Source: Camelus ferus (Eukaryota). Taken from it: a stretch of DNA of 64,000 nt. Location of the stretch: positions 107,944,001 to 108,008,000 of the forward strand of contig NC_045697.1 in assembly GCF_009834535.1 (NCBI RefSeq). The letters are read 5' to 3'. The position numbers were made by a program, and so were the translations under genes. A model generated the notes under the pieces. It did no database searches. It had not been told where the DNA came from and saw only the letters and a program-made list of their open reading frames with translations. Positions 54,531 to 64,000 of this stretch are shown one piece after another (positions within the stretch are counted from its first letter, which is position 1; the number at the start of each line of letters is the position of its first letter).

Positions 54531-55207
54531 ACACAGCTAAGAGGAGGGGAGAATCAAATGCCAACAGAAAGGCACATTTTATCACATTATTTCTTTAATG
54601 GGCCAGCAGAGCAAATGAATTTGGTCTATAAAAGAAGACTTTACACTATAACCTAAACTCTTTTGATGGCTCTTTCCTAAATTCTTATCAGTGTATGTGA
54701 CCAATGGTCATGATATTTCGTACAGAAATATCCAAATGCAGAGTCAGAATAACAGAGCATCAATACACCATCTTCACAGGGCAACTGTCTAAATGTTTCA
54801 GAATATTAAAATTCTGTATATAGGTAAATTATAGAGTTTTGAAGTGCTATGGGAATGACAACGTTTTATTCAGGTAGCTTTGGTATAATTTGGGTCACAT
54901 ACTCAAAACTGGTCTTTTAAAGACAGAAACATTTCTGAAAAGAATCAGATTAGCTCTGTTGAGAGAATAACCCATTAAGCTGCTCAAAGCATGAGTGTGG
55001 TGGGCTCTGAAGAGGAAAAACAAATCCCAGCTCAAGCAAAACAGGATTTCTAGCTTTTGACTGTATTTTAATTAATGAAAGCCAAGCTCTCAACGCTCCA
55101 GTATCCCAGGCACCTTCCCTGTCACGCTGACATGCTTATCACTGGGCAAGGACCTTCTTCCTTGGTGCATAACAAGAAGTCTTTCAAAGCATGCTGACAT
55201 TCAGTTA

Positions 55208-55357
55208 ATTTTATTTTGTTTTTTGTTTTTGGAGGGGAGGTGATTAGGTTTGTTTGTTTGTTTATTTATTTATTTATTTTTACTGGAGGTACTGGGGATT
55301 GAACCCAGGATCTTGTGCCTGCTAGGCATGCACTTTACCACTGAGCTATACCCTCCT
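55208..55357 (-). mobile_element. tRNA-Ala-derived SINE (Vic-1-like), full length
   Basis: Minus strand reads GGAGGGTATAGCTCAGTGGTAAAGTGCATGCCTAGCAGGCACAAGATCCTGGGTTCAATCCCCAGTACCTCC, then (AAAT)n/(AAAC)n and an A-rich tail. Flanked by TTCAGTTA at 55200 and 55360. Confidence 0.9.
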
Positions 55358-56928
55358 GCTTCAGTTATTTTGAACTGTCTCTAACATTTGACCCCATTTA
55401 GCCACAACTGAAGAGCCTATTTATAGAAAACATGTCTGTCCGCAAACAGATGTTTTAAATGTGAACTATGGCAAACACCTTGCTAGAGACTACATTCCCA
55501 GCTGGAGAAACTTAGAAACAACTCAGAAGTAATGTCTAGTCTCTTGATAATGAAGCACCATGTGGAAAAAAATGTTTCCAGCTCAGATGGAAGAAAGGAG
55601 ATGTGTTGTGATGAACTGCTTTCCATTCACTTGTCTGAAATAGAGGTTACTTTACTTCTACTCTGAGTCTCTGCCCACAGAAGAATTCATACATTTATAA
55701 CTGAAAAATTGCCTCTTATCAAACATAAACAATCTCTCCATAAACAGATGCTCTAAGCCAGAGGGAGGGAGGGCAGGTCAGACACCTTTATACTTGTCTT
55801 CCCCCAGAAAGACCCAACAATAAATCAAAGGGGACCCTATATACGGTCTACAGGAATAGAAGTCCTCCATGACAAAAAGCACACGTAAGGAAAAAGTTCC
55901 AAGACAGAGACACTGCCCCAGTACAACCAAAGCCTGGGCACAGCAGGCATGTTGAAGGCACTGCCCATGATCTTGTACTCCAAGCAGTGACTCTGGAAAA
56001 AGTAAACCTCTGCCCCCGCCCCCCTGCCACTGCTCCATTCAACCAGTTTACACCTGTATTAAATGTTAGAGAGTATGGAACTCACCCAGGACAATGTCAC
56101 CCCCTGCCACCTCCAATCACTACATACACACATTCCCTGCAAGGACGGCAGGAAACCCCGCACCCAGTTGTTACTATATGTCCTGGACAGACTATGGGCC
56201 AGTTATTAGCCCAGATACTCACCTTGCTCCTTGTACCCTTTTCTTCAAAATTCAGCCGTCTATTTGAAAATATATGCTACGAGTCTTGTTCATGAGTACA
56301 ATGTATCTAGTCATTCCTTGGGTTTCAGTGAAAATAAGTAGATAAATGGGTAGTTAACTTAAAGCATGATGCAACTGACTTTCTTCTCCATTACTGACCA
56401 CTTCTTAATTTTTGGAAACCACAGTCATTGTTGATCTTATACTGTAATATCATGTGATTGATGCTGCTTCCTTTGACTAGACTCGTCCTCTGCCTCCATT
56501 TACCCAACTGGCTCCAACCTGACTTCTCAGATAGCTCAGACATCACCTCTTACAACAACCCTTCCTCATCCAAATATTCCCCCTCCCCAGTTCCTCACAA
56601 CAGTCCTTCTCTTACTGCATTAGGCGTCCCTTCTCAGGGTTCCAAAACCATACTCTGCACCTGACCTTCCTGGGAGCAATCCCACAGTACTCTCCTTGTG
56701 TGTAAGACACATCACCCCAGCTTGTCTTTAAACTCCTCAAAGGCAAAGAGCATCGCTCATCTTTATGTTTCAGTTCAAGGCACACACCAGACACTCTGGC
56801 ATTTATTCTAAAATGTGTGTGAAATGAGACAATGAACGTATGAATACATGGATGATGTTTAGACTTAGAATTATAAAGACGGGTCTTTGGAAAACATTAG
56901 GCCATCCTACATCAAACAAAATTCCCTA

Positions 56929-57189
<261 letters not shown>

Positions 57190-57254
57190 TTAATCTGCCA
57201 GCATGCAGGAATTTCTCCGAGCCTAAACCACAAATGTTAATTTCCCACTAGCGG

Positions 57255-57411
57255 TTTTTTTTTAATGATTTATCATTATTATTTTTTGGTAGGGGGAGGT
57301 AATTAGGTTTACTTCTTTATTTATTCTTAGAGGAAGTACTGGGGATTGAACCCAGAACCTCATGCATGCGAAGCATGCTCTCTACTGCTTGAGCTATAGA
57401 GAGCTTCCCCT
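57255..57411 (-). mobile_element. tRNA-Ala-derived SINE (Vic-1-like), about 95 nt upstream of the exon 2 acceptor
   Basis: Minus strand reads TATAGCTCAAGCAGTAGAGAGCATGCTTCGCATGCATGAGGTTCTGGGTTCAATCCCCAGTACTTCC, followed by a tail. Confidence 0.87.
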
Positions 57412-59308
57412 CATTAGTGTTTTTAACTTATTGAAATTTTATATCCTTACATTTTAAAAAAAGTCCTATTGTTTTGCTGACTAAATCAAAAGCAGTTCAT
57501 AATGAACACCTACAAGACTGGCAAAACAAAATTCATCTACAACATGGCATGAGGCGAGTTCAGTGTACAAACAAGAAGGTGACAGAAAGGAACAATTTGG
57601 CATCATAAAACTATTTAGAAATGGGTATCAGGTGGCGACTGCTTGGCTGACTTTAATGAGAAGCAGCATTTTCTAAATTAACTGTCCTTTATCAATTAAT
57701 CACTCAGTAAATGAAGAAAGCCAATCCTGTGAACCTTTTTAGAACTAACATAAACATCAAGACTTTACTACTTCAGAAATAATGGTAAATAAATAGTCGC
57801 ACATCTCATTATCTAAAAAAGGGTAATTCTCAGTCGTGTTTTGAATTCATTTCCTAACAACGGTTTGCAAGTGAAGTAACCAGAGTGACACAGATGTAAT
57901 AGATCACCACTAAATGATACTCTGAGAATTCTGTGCAAAGGAAAACATTAGGCCATGACATGTGGTTTTTTTTTTTTCTCCCCCTTTGGTTCCCCAAATC
58001 ACTTTCAATTCCTGAGATCTAGTGTCAGGTTCCTTTGCTTGTTTTACACTTGACAGCTATCAATCCTAAAACGCTGCAATAATGCAGCTTAAATGCTACA
58101 ATAATCTCTTATCTGGCCACTCCTACTCTGTTGAGTCTGTATGAACATTCCATACATGGGTCTCTCCAGGTTCCTGTAAGTGTGCTTATTCCTTCTGAAA
58201 CCCACGTATCCTGGGCAATCTGTAGATGGTCTGGTGTACACATACTCTGCATACTGTCTGTCCCTACCTGCTCTTCCCCCAAACAATTTTCTATATTATC
58301 CAAATTTTTGTTTACATGTATTTGGCTTTGTTTCAATCATGTCAACACATGAAGTTCTATACAGTATTGATGGGTTCTTCCTTTTTAAAGTTTGGGAGCA
58401 CAACCTGTAATTGAGAGGAATTACACTAAGAACTCATCAGAAATTCTGCATTCACTAAAACCTTATTCAATGTACTTCTGCAGTTTCATTACATGAGAGA
58501 AAAGACTTTCCACTCACAGTGAGATAATTAAATTTGTGAAAGGAATAGAAACAATGTTTCTGGGCATTTTCCCTCTGTTCCTCCAACAGAAAAGTAAAAA
58601 TAATGGCAACCTCACTATCTCAAAGGAAAAACTGAATTAGACACGTGCCTTATGTTTCTGTGCTTAAAAAGAAAAACATAAAAAAGAAAAGAAACTAGGT
58701 CTTATACAGTGAAAAATAAACAGCTGTTCAGAGGCTACTGAGCAAAATAAGCAAAACTGTCTACATAAACACACGGAACATCTCTTGTAATGGCTGCATC
58801 CTCCTAGTTTAGACACATGTTCAAAATGAATCGCTTCCACAGACAGATGGTGTTTTCTGACTAGTAATATTAAGCAATCACCATCCAAAGCTTGTTGGTA
58901 AGGCTCCCTTTTTACCTTTAAAACACTGATGGCCCATGGTAGCGCTAAATAAATGTCAGCTAAATAAGACCCTGATTCACCGACCCCGCTACTGGTGCTA
59001 CTAGTAAGGTGACTGAATCTACTTTTCTATCTGTGCTGCTTTTGATTCAAGAAAACATCTATTTTACATTCGCGAATTTCCCAAATATGCCTATCTACCT
59101 GAAGAGAGTAGTTTATGTATGGGGGCGGGGCTGACAGAGGGCCAGTTCCGTGCTTTCATTTAGGTTTCAGGGTTGCAAGTTATAGCCCAACACCTTCCCA
59201 CCCATCAAAACGTCTAGACTGTGGGTTGGGCTGTAGTGGCTATCATCTCCCCAGTCCCGCGGTTCCATCTCACATTTGAGTGGTTAATAATGGTACGAAA
59301 CAGTATAC

Positions 59309-59484
59309 CCTTTCCTCGGCTCCTGGGCCGTGATGAGGGACTGCCGAGCCACTGAGCTCTGTCCCCTTTTCCCGCTGGACGTGGATGCAGTCGGAACCCC
59401 TCTTCCGTGGCAAGAACAGCCGCCAATCCGGGCGAAAGCCCAACACCTTCCAGGACACAACCAACGCAGCACGGGCGCCGCCAT
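59309..59484 (-). CDS. GATB: GATB exon 1 (176 nt coding), putative mitochondrial targeting peptide
   Basis: ATG in the context GCAATGG encodes [22 protein letters not shown]...QEPRKG, which is Arg/Ser-rich and resembles the human N-terminus MAAPMLRW as recalled. Donor GG|GTATAC; phase 2 fits exon 2. Confidence 0.93.
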
Positions 59485-59900
59485 TGCCCCGCCACACTCC
59501 TGGTCAGGTGACACAGCTTCCCTCTGCCGCGAGGCTCTCTGGGAAGCGTAGTTCAGGAAATGGATAAAACGTGCTAGGCTCCTACCGGAAGACTACTATT
59601 CCCTGGGAGCACTGCGACTTGCAGGCTGCCGGAACCCGGACGGCGAGGGAGGGAGGGACAAATGGGAGAGAGTGTGGGAGGGTTTCTGGGTCGGAAGGTG
59701 TGACTCCTCCTAGCGGGGAGCTGGAGAGGATTGTAGCTGTGAGCACGTGTGTAGAGTTCGAGTGAGACCAAGTGGTACCGGAGATCGGGAGCTGAGAAAC
59801 CTGGCCAGGATTTTATACCCTACTTAACTTTTCAAGCTGACGTAAATGACCTTGACATCTCCGCGTCGATTTCCTGAATCCCAAACTCACGCAGTTTTTT
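59485..59900 (-). promoter_or_regulatory. GATB CpG-rich 5' UTR and promoter with ZNF143/THAP11-like, ETS, CRE-like and ERR motifs
   Basis: Local CpG enrichment. ACTACnnTTCCC motifs at 59528-59554 (-) and 59591-59616 (+); CCGGAA at 59585 and 59629; TGACGTAA at 59838-59845; TGACCTTGA at 59847-59855; GC box next to the ATG. Confidence 0.75.
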
Positions 59901-62900
59901 TTTTCTGTATACTTCCACTTCACACACCAATTTGTGCATTAATGCAGCAAATACTTACTCGCGTGCCTGCTGTGTGCCAGACACTGCTCTTAAAAACTGA
60001 GGATTCATCAGTGAGCAAGACAGTTACGGCCGCTGTGCTCATAGAGCTTACGTTCCTGGCAGACGAGACACAGAAAATTTAACAAAACATAGGATATTTC
60101 CATATAGGTAAAAAGAGCTATTTTTCAGCAGAGGTGCTTGGAGACAAACAACCTAGACTGAACCTTCAGGTATGTTTTAACTTACTATTTTTGTTCTTGG
60201 CCAGTATTTGAAACACTTTGTACATACAGGAGGAAGCCTTGATAGCAGGTACAGTCATCCCAGGGGACTTTTTTTTTGTTTTCCTGCTTCAAAACTCATC
60301 CCCTTCTTGAAAACTCCCACCGATTTCTTGCATTTGAACACAATTTAGAATAGCTATTCAACCATTCTTTATAATACTGCCCTATTTTAATACTCCACAT
60401 AGTGCTTCTGACTATCTGATACTTATCTTCTGTCTCCACAAGCTCCTTGAGAAGGGGGAATTTGTCTGCCCTATTCAATGCAGTATTACCAGAGTACGAA
60501 GTAGTCCCCTCAAAAATATTTGTTCAGTGAAGAATGCATTTGACAAGGGATGGAGTGGATGCCCTTTGGAGCAGTCATTGTGTAGGAGAAAGGTAATGCT
60601 GTGTAGGAGGCAGAGAGAAATTGACCTCTGTGAAATAGATTTGGGAGGTAAGACAGGGACTTGGTGATGGATTGGATAGGTGGTGGAAGACTAGGTGGGG
60701 TCAAGTAACTCCTGAATTTCTGGCTCCTACAACTGAATGACTGATGAAGTTATTCACTGAGATAAGGAAATTAGAAAAGAAGTTGGTTTGCAGGAAAATA
60801 TGACTTTAGTTGCCTTGGAGACATACAAGAGGAGAAGTCAAAGAAGTATCATTGATGCCTAATTCTGAGTATGGAGCAGGGGGAAAGCTGCATACTCTGC
60901 ATACTTCACACTGATAGATTTGCAGCTTATTGATCAAGAACCTGTTGATTAGACATCTGTAACTATTGTCTATTTCCATTAATACTCTTGTGCAGTTTTA
61001 ATATTATGCAATTTAATCCTTCCATGTAGGCAATTTTACTTTCCTTAAAATTGTCATTATCTACTTTTTCTATCTCCTTTTTTCGTCCATGATCACTGAT
61101 CCAAATTGCTATGTCAGAAGTATTTTCACATGACCCAAAATGAAAATGAGAGAAATGACAGCGATGGCAAAGCAGAAATGGAGATTTGTTCCAAAATGTA
61201 TCTCGAACCATTGCCCTTTCTATCAGGTTCAGATCACTCTTTAGATCCTTTGTTAGTATCTCTCCCCTGAGTTTCTGTCTTTCCCACCTTTACTCTAGGT
61301 AAGCTGACTTTCTCTTTCTTATTTGGCGCCTCAGGTTTACCTAGTCCAGCCTGTGGGTCAGGGGAATTGCCTCCGATCACAACGTGGTTCCACCTTTGAT
61401 GGGACTACAGAGGACAGGAGAATCCTATATCTTGGAAGTGAGCATGGGCATCCTTTAGCCAAAAGGAGAGGGAGATCCTTGCTACCTTACCACTACTGGT
61501 CAGCCTACTTAGGAGGCAACTTACTCCCCAATGTGGCTAGGGATGTTTTGAAAGCCACTGTGAGAGAGCAACATACCTAATGAAAATCCTCATTTCATGG
61601 GCAAAATGTACTATAATGGAAACTCATCTTTGCTTATGAAGCAGTATTATGCCGTGATAGCATATCCCACCCCACCAGTAGAGGGAGAGAAAATCCAATA
61701 CATGTAGGTGTATTTGCTTTCTTTCACAAATGGAAACCTTCCAGTTGGATGTGTATTACGTAGTCCTTTCAAAATCCCACAAGAGCTCATGGCTTTCTCC
61801 TCCCACAAGGTTATCATTTCTGGAAATGCCCATTGGCTTCCTCGTGCTGGGTCTGGTGTCTAGGAGTGAGTTGTTTTCCCTCCTGCCTTCCTCCTTAGCT
61901 AGTCAGAGGCTCCCACCAAACCTACCATGAAACCGTTTCTCCTGCCACCCTCCCACATGCCAAATTCACTGTCTGTCAGAGCTCTTACTGACAGCTCTCT
62001 AGCTAAGAGAGCTATTTTGGTTCCACCGAAAACGTAGCTGTCACCTGGAAGACACAGAGATTTTCACTTTCAAGAAGCTCAGAAGGTTGTAGGTCAGGGT
62101 TTCTAGCAAAAACATTTTCTTAGGGAGAGTTTCTCAGCTCTTATTTTCTTCACATAATTGACACAGTACAAATAAAGTTAGAACAGGTTTTAAAAAAGAT
62201 ATGTAAGCCAGAACAGAGTTTTGAGTTGTTACTTCTAAATGGCAGTAGTTAGGAAGTGTATCTAAAATAACATGCTTGGTTTTGTTTAGTATTCTTCAGA
62301 GAATCTTTGAATGTCAGAGTTGGAACAGACTGGCTTACCTCAGTGTTTGACTCAGAATCCCTAGGTATCTATATAAACATGTCGATTTCTGAACACAAAT
62401 CATTTCCCCACCCCACCCCACATCTGAGTTGTATTTAACCATAATCACTTTCTTTCTCATCCTTTTCCCTAGTTTGAGTTGGAGGCAATGTTGAGAAAAC
62501 ATGGTATTCTAGGGTTTATAACTTCTTCAGTATCATGGGTACAATATGAGGGAATGACACAAATGGCTCTAAGTTTCCATTTTTTTAAATAAAGTAAACG
62601 ATTTTAAACATTGAAATTTCAAGTAAAATTAAAAGGAGATAGTATCCACTCTTCATTTTGATAATGTGTCGTGGCAATGTATTTCAACATTGATTTATAT
62701 GCAATTTTGAATCTTAAAATTATGTTAACTAACCTACCTAGTCTTTGATTAGCTACTTTTGGTTTGTAGAAACAAAGGCAGTGTTTTAAAGACATTTAGC
62801 AGACTAATAAAGAAAATGCTCCTTAGAGCTGAATAGGCTGGTTATCTGAGTATTTCTTAACACAGCTGTGAGTTTAGTTCCTCTGTGTGACTGATAGTTT

Positions 62901-64000
62901 CTATCAGTTCCATGGCTGTAGCGCCCGGCCTGCTGCCTTGAATGTTATACCCTGTGGGGAGGGAGGAAAGTCAATACCTAAAAAAGGAAAAAGGTCCACT
63001 GAAGATGATGTGCATATGACAAAAATAGACAGCAGCATTTTCATGTAGGAAGAACCTTGGCACTAGAGGAAGCCCTGTTTTTGAAAAAGCATTCTGAAAA
63101 CATAAAGTTCCTTTTTAGAAAAACCACAGTGTAAGACCCCAGTCGAGTGTCATTGGGGAAGAAGAAAGACTGGGAACAGGTGCATGCTGGGCAATCAGGA
63201 GAACAGGATTCATTTCCTTTTATTTTACCATCAAGTCTCGATACTGATAAAATACTGATGTGGAGGGAACAATTGCTTTTTCTAGAAGATTGCTTTGAGG
63301 CAGAGAAATCTATAGCTTTTTATTCCTTCTAAAGCAGGGAAATAGAGCACCCTGTCAATGTCTTTGTAGAGATGAAGTGCCGGCTGGGGAAGACGAGGCC
63401 ATGCCCTTCCTTCTTCTGTATGGTCTCGGGATGGCTTCTGTTTTCCCAGGCCTTTTCTTTGCTGAAAATCAGACTAATCCTGGAAGCAATCAGGAATGAT
63501 GTGTAAGAGAGAAGCCCCACCTCTCCACATCCCCATGACTCAGCTTACTTCAAAGAATATACTTCTGAGTTGCAAGTAATGGGCAGTAGACCATGTTGAA
63601 CAATGCGTGCCTGTAAGCTGTGTGGCCAGATCCCTGCTGTGCACTAAGAAGCTCTCCCTTTTGTGCTTTAGGATTGGGTATTTGGCCTTCAAAGTGACAG
63701 ATCTTGTGCACACACACACACACACACACACAACTAAGCAGTATCTTATTTCAGGATGATGCACAGATAATGATTAAGAGCTTTTAGGTTTCAAAACAGA
63801 TAATGTTTTTGTATATCAGAGGGTTCTCTTGATTTTACGTCTAAAGATTATGAGAAGTACAAGTATGACGTTAAAGAACTATGCCACCAAGATACGTGAG
63901 CTCCGATGACACCTTTCCCTCTGTGGATGAACTCCCACTTGAGGACTGAAGGGAAGGTGTATCAGAGTCCACCAGGGTGGTACAGAAGAGAGCAGATAGG

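Noticed and set aside
55285..55357. tRNA-Ala-like sequence as a true tRNA gene
   Set aside because: It is followed by a SINE tail and short flanking repeats, and three diverged copies occur in the window, so it is a SINE head.

Overview
Mammalian genomic DNA, most likely from a camelid, judged from three tRNA-Ala-derived Vic-1-like SINEs and no obvious Alu, Bov or PRE1 SINEs. The window holds the promoter and coding exons 1-9 of GATB (PET112, subunit B of the mitochondrial Glu-tRNA(Gln) amidotransferase) on the minus strand. The ATG is at 59484. The nine exons (176+151+114+199+123+114+85+45+190 = 1197 nt, 399 codons) have GT-AG boundaries and splice into one open frame; the remaining exons lie beyond position 1. 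The introns are rich in transposons: a young, nearly intact L1 ORF2 plus 3' UTR (1-3517), an older 4.9-kb 5'-truncated L1 with target-site duplications (TSDs), several short TSD-flanked L1 3' fragments (one internally deleted), MaLR and ERVL LTRs, hAT MITEs, L2 and MIR. The promoter carries two oppositely oriented ZNF143/THAP11-type motifs, ETS sites and a perfect ERR element. I found no convincing novel biological system; the most interesting observations concern L1 evolution and promoter architecture. Repeat-family names and comparisons with human GATB are from memory, not from database searches.
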